Positions 45,186-57,021 of a stretch of DNA of 64,000 nucleotides are shown in pieces. Location: assembly GCF_054482595.1 (NCBI RefSeq), contig NZ_CM137008.1. One strand, given 5' to 3'. Below the pieces are notes generated by a model that was given only the letters and a program-made list of their open reading frames with translations, ran no database searches and had not been told where the DNA came from. Both the position numbers and the translations under genes were made by a program. Position 1 is the stretch's first letter. Every line of letters starts with the position of its first letter.

Positions 45186-47057
45186 TTATCTACGCATGAA
45201 TGCGTATTCTGATTGTGGTTGTGCGACGTAATGCCCCGGCCCGACGCATTGCAACGAGACGGGTGCAACCTCTTCGCCACGCAGATGAATATTGCTGGGA
45301 AGATCGTCCGACAGCAGTACACGCTGCGGTCGTTGTCGGGACGGTTCAGCGACCGGAACTGCCGCCAGTAATTTACGCGTATAAGGATGCTGCGGGTTTT
45401 CGAAGACCGCGCGCCGTGGACCAATTTCAACAATTTGCCCGAGATACATCACCGCCACACGATGACTAATCCGCTCTACCACAGCCATATCGTGGGAGAT
45501 AAACAGATACGCAATGCCGAAATCACGCTGGAGATCGAGCAACAAGTTGATAATCTGCCCGCGAATAGAAACATCCAGCGCCGAAACGGCTTCGTCGGCA
45601 ATGATCACTTTTGGATTCAATGCCAACGCGCGAGCAATGCAGATGCGCTGGCGCTGACCGCCGGAAAACTCATGCGGGTAACGCCAGGCATGTTCAGGTA
45701 ACAGGCCCACGCGCTCCAGCAACCACGCAACGCGTGCAACCGCTTCTTTACCTGGCAATAAACCGTGTACACGCAACGGTTCGATAATCGAATCACCGAT
45801 GGTCTGACGTGGGTCCAGCGAAGCGTAAGGGTCCTGAAAAATAAACTGAATATCGCGGCGCAATACCTGAAGTTTGCCGGGTGACAAGGTATCGATTCGC
45901 TGACCGTTAAAGATAATTTCGCCGCCCTGCGATTCGACCAGGCGCAGCAACGCCCGCCCGGTAGTGGATTTACCGCTGCCAGACTCGCCCACCAGCGATA
46001 GCGTTTCGCCAGGCCAGAGATCAAAACTGACTTTCTCAACGGCATGCACTTCCCGCGTTACGCGATTCAACAAACCGCTGCGCAAAGGGAAACGGGTGAC
46101 CAGATTACGCACCCGTAAAACAGGTTCGCCATCCACCACCGTTTTCTGCTCGATGGGGGGTTCCTGTTTCGCTGGATGTTCAAGCGATATCAACGGGAAA
46201 CGTCGGGGATAATCTAACCCTTTCATCGCACCAAGTTGCGGAACAGCAGCTAACAGCGCACGGGTGTAAGGATGTTGCGGTGCATGAAAAATCTGTTCGA
46301 CGGTACCCGTTTCCACCGCCTCGCCCTGATACATCACCAGTACCCGATCGGCAATCTCTGCCACCACGCCCATATCGTGAGTGATAAAGATAACGCCCAT
46401 CGACATCTCTTTTTGCAATACTTTGATTAATTGCAGGATCTGCGCCTGAATAGTGACATCCAGCGCGGTGGTTGGCTCATCGGCAATCAGCACCGCCGGG
46501 CGGCATGACAGCGCCATCGCAATCATCACTCGCTGGCGCATCCCGCCAGAGAGTTGATGCGGATAACGTGAAAGAATGGTTTGTGCCTCCGGAATGCGTA
46601 CCTGATCCAGCATCCGCTTCGCCTCGACCATCGCTTCTTCACGACTGGCGTTTTGATGCAGACGAATTGATTCGGCAATCTGTTCACCCACAGTAAATAC
46701 CGGGTTCAGCGATGTCATCGGCTCCTGAAATATCATCGCCATATCCGCACCGCGCACATGACGCATTTGTGCAGCGCTCTGCTCGCTAAGTTCAATCACT
46801 TCACGACTGCGCCGCCGCAACAGCATTTTATCGCACTGTACTAAACCGCCCGCCTGTTCCAACAGACGCATCAATGCCAGCGCAGTCACTGACTTACCGG
46901 AGCCGGATTCGCCAACAATTGCCAGCGTCTCACCGCGTTGCAGGCTAAAAGAGAGATTGCGGACCGCAGCTATTTTCTGCTGGTCCTGCATAAAGGCAAT
47001 ATTAAGATTTTCAACCGCCAGCACATTACCGGCATCAAGTTCATCACTGTGTGGCAA
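45186..47057 (-). CDS. gsiA: Glutathione ABC transporter ATP-binding protein (two ABC domains)
   Basis: ORF 45186..47165; TTG start at 47057 gives 623 aa beginning (M)PHSDELDAG; two Walker A motifs GESGSGKS. Confidence 0.8.
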   Translation of the reverse strand: MPHSDELDAGNVLAVENLNIAFMQDQQKIAAVRNLSFSLQRGETLAIVGESGSGKSVTALALMRLLEQAGGLVQCDKMLLRRRSREVIELSEQSAAQMRHVRGADMAMIFQEPMTSLNPVFTVGEQIAESIRLHQNASREEAMVEAKRMLDQVRIPEAQTILSRYPHQLSGGMRQRVMIAMALSCRPAVLIADEPTTALDVTIQAQILQLIKVLQKEMSMGVIFITHDMGVVAEIADRVLVMYQGEAVETGTVEQIFHAPQHPYTRALLAAVPQLGAMKGLDYPRRFPLISLEHPAKQEPPIEQKTVVDGEPVLRVRNLVTRFPLRSGLLNRVTREVHAVEKVSFDLWPGETLSLVGESGSGKSTTGRALLRLVESQGGEIIFNGQRIDTLSPGKLQVLRRDIQFIFQDPYASLDPRQTIGDSIIEPLRVHGLLPGKEAVARVAWLLERVGLLPEHAWRYPHEFSGGQRQRICIARALALNPKVIIADEAVSALDVSIRGQIINLLLDLQRDFGIAYLFISHDMAVVERISHRVAVMYLGQIVEIGPRRAVFENPQHPYTRKLLAAVPVAEPSRQRPQRVLLSDDLPSNIHLRGEEVAPVSLQCVGPGHYVAQPQSEYAFMRR

Positions 47058-48009
47058 CGGCGTCCCCTTTTTCACGGTAGATACCGGTGGTTGGCGTATC
47101 GCCTGCGTAGCCCCAGGCGCGATACATTCCTTCGGTGTTAAACGGTAGCGCGACATTCCCTTCATGGTCGATAGCGATTAAGCCACCGCTACCGCCAAGC
47201 GCAGGGAGTTTTTCCATTACTACCCGCTCGCAGGCTTCCGCGAGACTTAATCCGCCGTAATCCATTAACGCGGCGATGTCATATGCCGCCAGCGCGCGGA
47301 TGAAGACTTCGCCCGTGCCGGTACAAGAAACCGCCACACTGGCGTTATTGGCGTAGCATCCGGCACCCACTAAGGGGCTATCGCCAACTCGTCCGGGTAA
47401 TTTATTGGTCATTCCGCCCGTGGACGTGGCTGCCGCCAGATTGCCGTCTAAATCCAACGCCACGGCCCCCACGGTGCCCATTTTCTGTTTTTCATCCAGT
47501 GGCGCACCGCTATGGTCGAGGACTGTTGCCCCTTCCTCGCGCGCTGCCATTAGTTGTTCATAACGCAAAGGCGTGGAGAAAATCTCCGGTGAGACGCGCT
47601 CCATGCCATGAGCAAACGCAAAATTTTCTGCCCCTTCGCCAATCATCATCACATGCGAGCTTTGCTCCATCACCAGCCGGGCGGCAAGAACCGGATTACG
47701 CAGATGACTAACGCCCGCCACCGCACCGGCTTTCAGGGTGTTACCATCCATCACACAGGCGTCCAGTTCATGCGTTTCATCACGCGTAAAGACGGCGCCA
47801 ATTCCGGCGTTAAACAGTGGACACTCTTCCAGCAGACGCACCGCTTCCGTCACCACATCCAGCGCACTTTCGCCCGCTTCCAGCATTTTCTGCCCGGTTT
47901 CAACAATGGCAGACAACGCCTCGATGTAGCGTAATTCCTGTTGCAGACTCATCTGCGCGCGGCTAATTGCACCTGCGCCACCATGAATTGCAATGACTGC
48001 TTTGCCCAT
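47044..48009 (-). CDS. iaaA: Isoaspartyl peptidase / L-asparaginase (Ntn hydrolase)
   Basis: 321-aa ORF starting [15 protein letters not shown]; 14-nt overlap with gsiA start. Confidence 0.9.
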   Translation of the reverse strand: MGKAVIAIHGGAGAISRAQMSLQQELRYIEALSAIVETGQKMLEAGESALDVVTEAVRLLEECPLFNAGIGAVFTRDETHELDACVMDGNTLKAGAVAGVSHLRNPVLAARLVMEQSSHVMMIGEGAENFAFAHGMERVSPEIFSTPLRYEQLMAAREEGATVLDHSGAPLDEKQKMGTVGAVALDLDGNLAAATSTGGMTNKLPGRVGDSPLVGAGCYANNASVAVSCTGTGEVFIRALAAYDIAALMDYGGLSLAEACERVVMEKLPALGGSGGLIAIDHEGNVALPFNTEGMYRAWGYAGDTPTTGIYREKGDAVATQ

Positions 48010-48212
48010 AGTATTCGTCCATTAAGGGTGGCTCGCCACTTTTGCTATAAATATCAGAATTTTTATGAATTACTCATTCAATTTTTGAATATAGAAAGAT
48101 GGATATGGCATGTAAAGGCAGGACCCAGCGCTACGCCCGAGGTGGCATACAGTCTGTGGCGTTTTTCTGACATAATAGGCAAATTCGATTTTGCCTCCGC
48201 AGGAGTGTTTTC

Positions 48213-49448
48213 ATGGAATTTACCACCGGATTGATGTCGCTCGACACCGCGCTTAATGAGATGCTTTCTCGCGTCACCCCACTGACCGCCCAGGAAACGC
48301 TGCCACTGGTACAGTGTTTTGGTCGTATTCTGGCGAGCGATGTCGTTTCGCCGCTTGATGTTCCGGGGTTTGATAACTCCGCAATGGACGGCTACGCGGT
48401 GCGTTTAGCCGATATTGCCTCCGGGCAACCGCTGCCCGTTGCCGGTAAATCCTTTGCCGGTCAGCCGTACCATGGTGAATGGCCTGCGGGTACCTGCATT
48501 CGTATTATGACCGGTGCGCCGGTGCCGGAAGGCTGCGAAGCGGTGGTGATGCAGGAGCAGACTGAACAAACGGACAATGGCGTGCGTTTTACTGCTGAAG
48601 TGCGTAGCGGGCAAAATATTCGCCGTCGCGGTGAAGATATCTCTGCAGGTGCGGTTGTTTTCCCGGCGGGGACTCGCCTGACTACCGCAGAGCTGCCAGT
48701 AATTGCTTCACTGGGGATTGCCGAAGTTCCGGTGATTCGTAAAGTGCGAGTGGCGCTTTTTTCTACCGGTGATGAACTCCAGTTGCCCGGTCAGCCGCTG
48801 GGCGACGGCCAAATCTACGATACCAACCGTCTCGCCGTACACCTGATGTTAGAACAGTTGGGATGCGAGGTAATCAACTTAGGGATTATCCGCGACGATC
48901 CCCATGCCCTGCGCGCCGCATTTATTGAAGCCGACAGCCAGGCGGATGTGGTGATCAGTTCCGGCGGTGTTTCAGTGGGTGAAGCGGATTACACCAAAAC
49001 GATTCTTGAAGAGCTGGGGGAGATCGCCTTCTGGAAGCTGGCGATTAAACCAGGTAAACCGTTCGCGTTCGGTAAACTCAGCAATAGCTGGTTCTGCGGC
49101 CTGCCGGGCAACCCGGTTTCAGCGACGCTGACCTTCTATCAACTGGTACAGCCTTTGCTGGCAAAACTAAGCGGCAACACCGCCAGCGGCCTGCCCGCGC
49201 GCCAGCGCGTACGCACAGCGTCCCGCCTGAAAAAAACGCCAGGTCGCCTTGATTTCCAGCGCGGCGTGCTGCAACGCAACGCCGATGGCGAACTGGAAGT
49301 GACGACCACCGGACATCAGGGTTCACATATATTTAGCTCCTTTAGCCTCGGCAACTGCTTTATCGTACTGGAACGCGATCGCGGCAATGTGGAAGTGGGC
49401 GAATGGGTGGAAGTAGAACCGTTTAACGCGTTGTTCGGAGGCCTGTAA
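48213..49448 (+). CDS. moeA: Molybdopterin molybdenumtransferase
   Basis: 411-aa ORF; synteny with moeB. Confidence 0.9.
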   Translation: MEFTTGLMSLDTALNEMLSRVTPLTAQETLPLVQCFGRILASDVVSPLDVPGFDNSAMDGYAVRLADIASGQPLPVAGKSFAGQPYHGEWPAGTCIRIMTGAPVPEGCEAVVMQEQTEQTDNGVRFTAEVRSGQNIRRRGEDISAGAVVFPAGTRLTTAELPVIASLGIAEVPVIRKVRVALFSTGDELQLPGQPLGDGQIYDTNRLAVHLMLEQLGCEVINLGIIRDDPHALRAAFIEADSQADVVISSGGVSVGEADYTKTILEELGEIAFWKLAIKPGKPFAFGKLSNSWFCGLPGNPVSATLTFYQLVQPLLAKLSGNTASGLPARQRVRTASRLKKTPGRLDFQRGVLQRNADGELEVTTTGHQGSHIFSSFSLGNCFIVLERDRGNVEVGEWVEVEPFNALFGGL

Positions 49449-50197
49449 TGGCGGAACTCAGCGATCAGGAGATGCTGCGCTACAACCGGCAAATCATTCT
49501 GCGCGGTTTTGATTTTGACGGTCAGGAGGCGCTAAAAGATTCTCGTGTGCTGGTAGTCGGCCTCGGTGGACTCGGCTGCGCAGCCTCGCAGTATCTGGCA
49601 AGCGCCGGTGTCGGCAACCTGACGCTGCTCGACTTCGACACGGTTTCGCTCTCGAATCTGCAACGCCAGACGCTGCACAGTGATGCTACGGTCGGGCAAC
49701 CGAAGGTGGAATCCGCCCGTGACGCCCTGGCGCGGATCAACCCACATATCGCGATTACGCCAGTCAATGCACTGCTGGATGACGCAGAACTTGCAGCATT
49801 GATTGCTGAACACGATCTGGTGCTCGACTGTACGGATAACGTTGCGGTACGTAATCAACTGAACGCAGGCTGTTTTGCCGCGAAGGTGCCGCTGGTTTCC
49901 GGCGCGGCAATTCGTATGGAAGGTCAAATCACGGTCTTCACTTATCAGGACGGCGAGCCTTGCTATCGCTGCCTTAGCCGTTTGTTTGGCGAGAACGCGT
50001 TAACCTGCGTTGAAGCAGGCGTGATGGCACCGTTGATCGGCGTGATTGGTTCGTTGCAGGCAATGGAAGCGATCAAACTGCTGGCAGGTTATGGCAAACC
50101 GGCCAGCGGCAAAATCGTCATGTACGATGCGATGACCTGTCAGTTTCGCGAAATGAAACTGATGAGTAATCCGGGGTGTGAGGTGTGCGGGCAGTAA
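49448..50197 (+). CDS. moeB: Molybdopterin-synthase adenylyltransferase
   Basis: 249-aa ORF; ThiF/MoeB fold motif GLGGLGC; start overlaps moeA stop. Confidence 0.9.
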   Translation: MAELSDQEMLRYNRQIILRGFDFDGQEALKDSRVLVVGLGGLGCAASQYLASAGVGNLTLLDFDTVSLSNLQRQTLHSDATVGQPKVESARDALARINPHIAITPVNALLDDAELAALIAEHDLVLDCTDNVAVRNQLNAGCFAAKVPLVSGAAIRMEGQITVFTYQDGEPCYRCLSRLFGENALTCVEAGVMAPLIGVIGSLQAMEAIKLLAGYGKPASGKIVMYDAMTCQFREMKLMSNPGCEVCGQ

Positions 50198-50272
50198 TTG
50201 CCACCTTCAGGCCTGATAAGACGCGGCACTCCGCCACGTCATCAGCAATTTATGAGGATGCAGAACGTCCGG

Positions 50273-50935
50273 TTAAATCGACGTTCTGCCAAACGCTCCC
50301 TGCCAGTCCTGCTCAAACTTCGCCACAGCGGCATCTACCGCCGGATAGCTAATCATCTGTTGTGCCACATCCAGTGGCAGAGTAATTGATTCACATCCTG
50401 CCAGTAAGCAGTCCAGCGCCTGACGCGGGGTTTTGAAACTCGCTGCCAGCACTTTCGCCTGCGGCGCATGCATTTTCAATAACTGGTGTAAGTCGGTCAC
50501 AGTCTGAATGCCGCTACCGCCCTGAGCATCAATACGATTAACGTAAGGCGCAACATATTCCGCACCTGCCAGCGCCGACAGCAACCCTTGTGCCGCGCCA
50601 TATACCGCGGTTCCCAGCGTCGGAATCCCTTCCGCTTTTAACATCTTAATCGCTGCCAGCCCCTCGGCGGTCACCGGAACTTTCACCACGATATCCGCAA
50701 TAATAGAACGCAATTTACGTGCGTCATTCACCATCCCTTCAGCAGTGATAGCCATTACCTGGGCAAACAGACGCCCCTGACCGCCCATCGCTTCATGAAG
50801 TTCCGGAAGCACAACCTCCAGCGGTTTTTTACCCGCGGCGATAATGCTTGGGTTAGTGGTCACGCCCGCCAGCGGAAAAATACGTGACAGCGCCTTCACC
50901 GCAACAACGTCTGAAGTATCCAGATACAGTTCCAT
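50273..50935 (-). CDS. fsaA: Fructose-6-phosphate aldolase 1
   Basis: ORF 50273..51007; start at [13 protein letters not shown] gives 220 aa. Confidence 0.9.
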   Translation of the reverse strand: MELYLDTSDVVAVKALSRIFPLAGVTTNPSIIAAGKKPLEVVLPELHEAMGGQGRLFAQVMAITAEGMVNDARKLRSIIADIVVKVPVTAEGLAAIKMLKAEGIPTLGTAVYGAAQGLLSALAGAEYVAPYVNRIDAQGGSGIQTVTDLHQLLKMHAPQAKVLAASFKTPRQALDCLLAGCESITLPLDVAQQMISYPAVDAAVAKFEQDWQGAFGRTSI

Positions 50936-51066
50936 AACCATCCTCAAAATGTACTTTTTGTCTGAATGTAGACTATCACGGGAAAACTCTCTGAACAGTT
51001 GACGCACATCAATCTAACTTTCATTCGAAAGTATTTTAATGTTTGAACGAAACAGAGAGGCAACTA

Positions 51067-51965
51067 TGATTTTCAATATTCAGCGCTACTCGACCCATGA
51101 TGGCCCCGGTATCCGCACGGTCGTATTTCTTAAAGGCTGTTCGCTGGGCTGCCGCTGGTGTCAGAACCCGGAAAGCCGCGCCCGCACGCAGGATCTGCTG
51201 TATGACGCACGACTGTGTCTGGAAGGCTGCGAGCTGTGCGCTAAGGCAGCGCCGGAAGTGATTGAGCGCGCGCTGAATGGTTTGCTTATTCATCGGGAAA
51301 AGTTAACCCCGGAGCATCTGACGGCGTTAACCGACTGCTGCCCGACACAGGCATTAACCGTGTGTGGTGAAGTGAAAAGCGTTGAGGAGATCATGGCGAC
51401 CGTTTTGCGCGATAAACCGTTTTACGATCGCAGCGGCGGAGGCTTAACGCTTTCGGGTGGTGAACCCTTTATGCAGCCGGAAATGGCGACGGCGCTGCTG
51501 CAAGCCAGCCACGAGGCCGGCATTCATACTGCGGTAGAAACCTGTCTGCATGTGCCGTGGAAATATATCGCCCCTTCTCTGCCCTATATCGATCTGTTTC
51601 TTGCCGATTTAAAACACGTTGCCGACGCGCCGTTTAAACAGTGGACCGACGGTAACGCCGCCAGGGTGCTGGATAATCTGAAAAAACTCGCCGCAGCGGG
51701 CAAAAAAATCATTATCCGCGTGCCACTGATTCAGGGCTTTAATGCCGACGAAACCTCTGTAAAAGCCATTACCGATTTTGTCGCCGACGAGCTGCACGTT
51801 GGCGAAATCCATTTCCTGCCCTACCACACGCTGGGCATCAACAAATATCACTTACTTAATCTGCCCTATGACGCCCCGGAAAAACCGCTTGATGCGCCAG
51901 AACTGCTCGACTTTGCCCAGCAGTATGCCTGCCAGAAAGGGTTAACCGCGACCTTACGAGGATAA
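51067..51965 (+). CDS. ybiY: Glycyl-radical enzyme activating protein (PFL-activase family)
   Basis: ORF 51039..51965; start at [36 protein letters not shown] preceded by AGAGAGG; radical-SAM plus ferredoxin-like Cys clusters. Confidence 0.85.
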
Positions 51966-51970
51966 CAACC

Positions 51971-54403
51971 ATGACCACATTGAAACTGGACACGCTCAGC
52001 GACCGCATTAAAGCGCACAAAAATGCACTGGTGCATATTGTGAAACCGCCGGTTTGTACCGAGCGCGCGCAGCACTATACCGAGATGTATCAACAACATC
52101 TCGATAAGCCGATCCCTGTACGTCGCGCGCTGGCGCTGGCACATCACCTGGCGAATCGCACTATCTGGATCAAGCACGATGAGTTGATCATCGGCAACCA
52201 GGCAAGCGAAGTTCGCGCCGCGCCGATCTTCCCGGAATATACTGTCTCGTGGATCGAAAAAGAGATTGATGATCTGGCAGATCGTCCCGGTGCTGGCTTT
52301 GCGGTGAGCGAAGAGAACAAACGCGTTCTGCATGAAGTGTGCCCGTGGTGGCGCGGTCAGACCGTACAGGATCGCTGCTACGGCATGTTTACCGATGAGC
52401 AAAAAGGTCTGCTGGCGACCGGCATCATTAAAGCGGAAGGCAATATGACCTCCGGCGATGCGCACCTGGCGGTCAATTTCCCGCTGCTGCTGGAAAAAGG
52501 GCTTGATGGTCTGCGCGAGAAAGTAGCGGAACGTCGCTCGCGCATCAACCTGACGGTGCTGGAAGATTTACACGGTGAGCAATTCCTGAAAGCGATTGAT
52601 ATCGTGCTGGTGGCAGTCAGTGAACATATTGAACGTTTCGCTGCCCTGGCGCGTGAAATGGCCGCGACCGAAACCCGCGAAAGCCGTCGCGATGAACTGC
52701 TGGCGATGGCAGAAAACTGCGATCTTATCGCCCACCAGCCGCCGCAGACTTTCTGGCAGGCGCTGCAACTGTGTTACTTCATCCAGTTGATTTTGCAGAT
52801 CGAATCTAACGGTCACTCAGTATCGTTTGGTCGTATGGACCAGTATCTCTACCCGTACTATCGCCGCGACGTTGAACTCAACCAGACACTGGATCGCGAA
52901 CACGCCATCGAATTGCTGCATAGCTGCTGGCTGAAACTGCTGGAAGTGAACAAAATCCGCTCAGGCTCACACTCAAAAGCCTCTGCGGGAAGTCCGCTGT
53001 ATCAGAACGTCACCATTGGCGGGCAAAATCTGGTTGATGGTCAACCAATGGATGCGGTGAATCCACTCTCTTACGCGATCCTCGAATCCTGCGGTCGCCT
53101 GCGTTCGACTCAGCCTAACCTCAGCGTGCGTTACCATGCGGGTATGAGTAACGATTTCCTCGACGCCTGTGTGCAGGTGATCCGCTGCGGCTTCGGGATG
53201 CCGGCGTTCAACAACGATGAAATAGTCATCCCGGAATTTATTAAACTCGGTATTGAACCGCAGGATGCTTACGACTATGCAGCGATTGGTTGTATCGAAA
53301 CCGCCGTCGGTGGCAAATGGGGCTATCGCTGTACCGGCATGAGCTTTATCAACTTCGCCCGCGTGATGCTGGCGGCGCTGGAAGGCGGGCGTGATGCCAC
53401 CAGCGGCAAAGTGTTCCTGCCACAAGAAAAAGCGTTGTCGGCAGGTAACTTCAACAACTTCGATGAAGTGATGGACGCGTGGGATACGCAAATCCGTTAC
53501 TACACGCGTAAATCAATCGAAATCGAATATGTCGTCGACACCATGCTGGAAGAGAACGTGCACGATATTCTCTGCTCGGCGCTGGTGGATGACTGTATTG
53601 AGCGAACGAAAAGCATCAAGCAAGGCGGCGCGAAATATGACTGGGTTTCTGGCCTGCAGGTTGGCATTGCCAACCTCGGCAACAGCCTGGCGGCCGTGAA
53701 GAAACTGGTATTTGAACAGGGCGCGATTGGTCAGCAACAGCTTGCTGCCGCACTGGCAGATGACTTCGACGGCCTGACTCACGAGCAGCTGCGTCAGCGG
53801 CTGATTAACGGTGCGCCGAAGTACGGCAACGACGATGATACTGTCGATACGCTGCTGGCTCGCGCTTATCAGACCTATATCGACGAACTGAAACAGTACC
53901 ATAACCCACGCTACGGTCGTGGTCCGGTTGGCGGCAACTATTACGCGGGTACGTCGTCTATCTCCGCTAACGTACCGTTTGGCGCGCAGACTATGGCAAC
54001 GCCGGACGGACGTAAAGCGCATACCCCGCTGGCAGAAGGCGCAAGCCCGGCTTCCGGTACTGATCATCTTGGCCCTACTGCGGTCATTGGCTCGGTGGGT
54101 AAACTGCCTACGGCAGCGATTCTCGGCGGCGTGTTGCTCAACCAGAAACTGAATCCAGCCACACTGGAGAACGAATCTGATAAGCAGAAGCTGATGATCC
54201 TGCTGCGCACCTTCTTTGAAGTGCATAAAGGCTGGCATATTCAGTACAACATCGTTTCCCGCGAAACATTGCTGGAGGCGAAAAAACATCCGGATCAATA
54301 CCGGGATCTGGTGGTGCGTGTCGCGGGCTATTCCGCCTTCTTCACCGCCCTGTCACCGGAAGCTCAGGACGATATCATCGCCCGTACCGAACATATGCTG
54401 TAA
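51971..54403 (+). CDS. ybiW: Pyruvate formate-lyase-like glycyl radical enzyme
   Basis: 810-aa ORF with C-terminal glycyl radical motif RVAGYSA. Confidence 0.9.
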   Translation: MTTLKLDTLSDRIKAHKNALVHIVKPPVCTERAQHYTEMYQQHLDKPIPVRRALALAHHLANRTIWIKHDELIIGNQASEVRAAPIFPEYTVSWIEKEIDDLADRPGAGFAVSEENKRVLHEVCPWWRGQTVQDRCYGMFTDEQKGLLATGIIKAEGNMTSGDAHLAVNFPLLLEKGLDGLREKVAERRSRINLTVLEDLHGEQFLKAIDIVLVAVSEHIERFAALAREMAATETRESRRDELLAMAENCDLIAHQPPQTFWQALQLCYFIQLILQIESNGHSVSFGRMDQYLYPYYRRDVELNQTLDREHAIELLHSCWLKLLEVNKIRSGSHSKASAGSPLYQNVTIGGQNLVDGQPMDAVNPLSYAILESCGRLRSTQPNLSVRYHAGMSNDFLDACVQVIRCGFGMPAFNNDEIVIPEFIKLGIEPQDAYDYAAIGCIETAVGGKWGYRCTGMSFINFARVMLAALEGGRDATSGKVFLPQEKALSAGNFNNFDEVMDAWDTQIRYYTRKSIEIEYVVDTMLEENVHDILCSALVDDCIERTKSIKQGGAKYDWVSGLQVGIANLGNSLAAVKKLVFEQGAIGQQQLAAALADDFDGLTHEQLRQRLINGAPKYGNDDDTVDTLLARAYQTYIDELKQYHNPRYGRGPVGGNYYAGTSSISANVPFGAQTMATPDGRKAHTPLAEGASPASGTDHLGPTAVIGSVGKLPTAAILGGVLLNQKLNPATLENESDKQKLMILLRTFFEVHKGWHIQYNIVSRETLLEAKKHPDQYRDLVVRVAGYSAFFTALSPEAQDDIIARTEHML

Positions 54404-54548
54404 TCTTCTCAGCCCGGCGGCGTCGCCGCCGGGCTAAATCATTCACATCATCAATTTCATCCTTACTTTCATTCGAAATATAATTTGTGCTCTACGTCAC
54501 ATTGTTATTACACTGTTACGGTTTCATTTTCGAGCCAGGAGCACACCT

Positions 54549-55364
54549 ATGAGCGTAAAAGTTATCGTCACAGACATGGACGGTACTTTTCTTAACGACG
54601 CCAAAACGTACAACCAACCACGTTTTATGGCGCAATATCAGGAACTGAAAAAGCGCGGCATTGAGTTCGTTGTCGCCAGCGGTAATCAGTATTACCAGCT
54701 TATTTCGTTCTTTCCTGAGCTAAAGGATGAGATCTCTTTTGTCGCGGAAAACGGCGCACTGGTTTACGAACATGGCAAGCAGTTGTTCCACGGCGAACTG
54801 ACCCGACATGAATCGCGGATTGTGATTGGCGAGTTGCTAAAAGATAAGCAACTCAATTTTGTCGCCTGCGGTCTGCAAAGTGCATATGTCAGCGAAAACG
54901 CCCCCGAAGCATTCGTCGCACTGATGGCAAAACACTACCATCGCCTGAAACCTGTAAAAGATTATCAGGAGATTGACGACGTACTGTTCAAGTTTTCGCT
55001 CAACCTGCCGGATGAACAAATCCCGTTAGTGATCGACAAACTGCACATAGCGCTGGATGGCATTATGAAACCCGTCACCAGTGGTTTTGGCTTTATCGAC
55101 CTGATTATTCCCGGTCTACATAAAGCAAACGGTATTTCGCGGTTACTGAAACGCTGGGATCTGTCACCGCAAAATGTGGTAGCGATTGGCGACAGCGGTA
55201 ACGATGCGGAGATGCTGAAAATGGCGCGTTATTCCTTTGCGATGGGCAATGCTGCGGAAAACATTAAACAAATCGCCCGTTACGCTACCGATGATAATAA
55301 TCATGAAGGCGCGCTGAATGTGATTCAGGCTGTACTGGATAACACATCCCCTTTTAACAGCTGA
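54549..55364 (+). CDS. ybiV: HAD-family sugar phosphatase
   Basis: 271-aa ORF with DMDGTF motif; paralogous to ybjI in this window. Confidence 0.85.
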   Translation: MSVKVIVTDMDGTFLNDAKTYNQPRFMAQYQELKKRGIEFVVASGNQYYQLISFFPELKDEISFVAENGALVYEHGKQLFHGELTRHESRIVIGELLKDKQLNFVACGLQSAYVSENAPEAFVALMAKHYHRLKPVKDYQEIDDVLFKFSLNLPDEQIPLVIDKLHIALDGIMKPVTSGFGFIDLIIPGLHKANGISRLLKRWDLSPQNVVAIGDSGNDAEMLKMARYSFAMGNAAENIKQIARYATDDNNHEGALNVIQAVLDNTSPFNS

Positions 55365-55515
55365 CCTCTCTACCGGAGCCATGCGCTCCGGTTATCCCTT
55401 CTTTTTACATCCTGTACATCACATCAAATCATTAAACTTGCATTAACTTATTTATAACTTATATTGTCACATGCAAATCAGCATAGTTTCGAATGAAAGT
55501 TAATGCGAGGTGGTT

Positions 55516-56781
55516 ATGGCTTCTACTTTTACCAGCGACACATTGCCTGCCGATCACAAAGCAGCTATCCGTCAGATGAAGCACGCGCTGCGGGCGCAGC
55601 TTGGCGACGTCCAGCAGATCTTTAATCAGCTAAGCGATGACATTGCCACGCGAGTGGCTGAAATCAACGCACTCAAAGCACAGGGCGATGCCGTCTGGCC
55701 GGTGCTGTCTTATGCCGATATCAAAGCAGGTCATGTTACTGCAGAGCAGCGCGAACAGATTAAACGTCGCGGTTGTGCGGTGATAAAAGGCCATTTCCCC
55801 CGCGAACAAGCGCTAGGCTGGGATCAGTCGATGCTGGACTATCTGGACCGCAACCGCTTTGACGAGGTCTACAAAGGCCCCGGCGATAATTTCTTCGGGA
55901 CGCTCAGCGCTTCACGTCCCGAGATTTACCCCATCTACTGGTCGCAGGCGCAAATGCAGGCTCGCCAGAGTGAAGAAATGGCGAATGCGCAGTCGTTTCT
56001 CAATCGTCTGTGGACATTTGAAAGTGATGGAAAGCAATGGTTTAACCCGGATGTGAGCGTCATCTACCCTGACCGTATCCGCCGCCGTCCGCCCGGAACG
56101 ACCTCCAAAGGTCTTGGAGCGCATACCGACTCCGGGGCACTGGAACGCTGGCTGCTTCCAGCGTATCAGCGCGTTTTCGCCAACGTCTTTAATGGCAATC
56201 TGGCGCAATATGATCCCTGGCATGCGGCACATCGTACGGAAGTTGAAGAGTACACGGTGGACAACACCACCAAATGTTCCGTGTTTCGGACATTCCAGGG
56301 CTGGACAGCGCTCTCTGATATGCTGCCTGGTCAGGGGCTGCTGCACGTCGTGCCCATTCCTGAAGCCATGGCGTACGTACTGTTACGTCCGCTGCTTGAT
56401 GATGTGCCGGAGGATGAACTGTGCGGCGTAGCGCCCGGAAGAGTATTGCCGGTATCAGAGCAATGGCATCCACTGTTAATTGAGGCGTTAACCAGCATTC
56501 CAAAACTCGAAGCCGGAGACTCCGTCTGGTGGCACTGCGACGTCATCCATTCCGTTGCCCCCGTTGAAAATCAACAGGGTTGGGGCAACGTGATGTATAT
56601 CCCTGCTGCGCCAATGTGCGAGAAAAATCGGGCTTATGCACACAAAGTCAAAATGGCGCTGGAAAAAGGCGCATCGCCGGGCGACTTCCCGCGCGAGGAC
56701 TATGAAACAAACTGGGAAGGACGCTTTACGCTTGCCGACCTCAACATTCACGGTAAGCGCGCACTGGGCATGGATGTTTGA
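55516..56781 (+). CDS. ybiU: DUF1479 family protein YbiU
   Basis: ORF 55510..56781; start at MASTFTSDT preceded by GAGGTGG. Confidence 0.8.
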   Translation: MASTFTSDTLPADHKAAIRQMKHALRAQLGDVQQIFNQLSDDIATRVAEINALKAQGDAVWPVLSYADIKAGHVTAEQREQIKRRGCAVIKGHFPREQALGWDQSMLDYLDRNRFDEVYKGPGDNFFGTLSASRPEIYPIYWSQAQMQARQSEEMANAQSFLNRLWTFESDGKQWFNPDVSVIYPDRIRRRPPGTTSKGLGAHTDSGALERWLLPAYQRVFANVFNGNLAQYDPWHAAHRTEVEEYTVDNTTKCSVFRTFQGWTALSDMLPGQGLLHVVPIPEAMAYVLLRPLLDDVPEDELCGVAPGRVLPVSEQWHPLLIEALTSIPKLEAGDSVWWHCDVIHSVAPVENQQGWGNVMYIPAAPMCEKNRAYAHKVKMALEKGASPGDFPREDYETNWEGRFTLADLNIHGKRALGMDV

Positions 56782-56862
56782 GAATTAATGGAAGTGAATT
56801 GATGTGGGATTAAGAAAATCGATTCGACGTTACTCAGATTGCTGACAAGTGCGCTTTCTTAA

Positions 56863-56962
56863 TGCCTGATGCGGCGTTAACGCCTTATCTGGCCTACAAA
56901 GTCCTGCAGATTCAATATATTACAGGTACTGCGTAGGCCTGATAAGCGTAGCGCATCAGGCT
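56863..56962. repeat. REP-type palindromic repeats
   Basis: gcctgatgcggcgttaacgccttatctggcctac and gtaggcctgataagcgtagcgcatcaggc. Confidence 0.6.
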
Positions 56963-56984
56963 ATTTTGCATTTGTCATCAGCCG

Positions 56985-57013
56985 CCGTCACCCCGACAGT
57001 ATCGGGGTGACGG
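56985..57013. terminator. Hairpin between convergent ybiU and ybiT
   Basis: ccgtcaccccga-cagt-atcggggtgacgg. Confidence 0.55.
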
Positions 57014-57021
57014 ATAATAAC

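Noticed and set aside
43628-45433. Long N-terminal extensions in ORF-track models (gsiB 601 aa; similarly potF 420 aa, potG 404 aa, ybjS 358 aa, artP 275 aa, gsiA 659 aa, fsaA 244 aa)
   Set aside because: The extensions run through upstream intergenic or neighbouring-gene sequence; internal starts give signal peptides or conserved N-termini and the expected protein lengths, so the shorter models were used.
54411-54434. GC-rich palindrome agcccggcggcgtcgccgccgggct after ybiW as a Rho-independent terminator
   Set aside because: Good stem but no downstream T-run (followed by aaatcattc); may be a REP-like or factor-dependent element, so not listed as a terminator.
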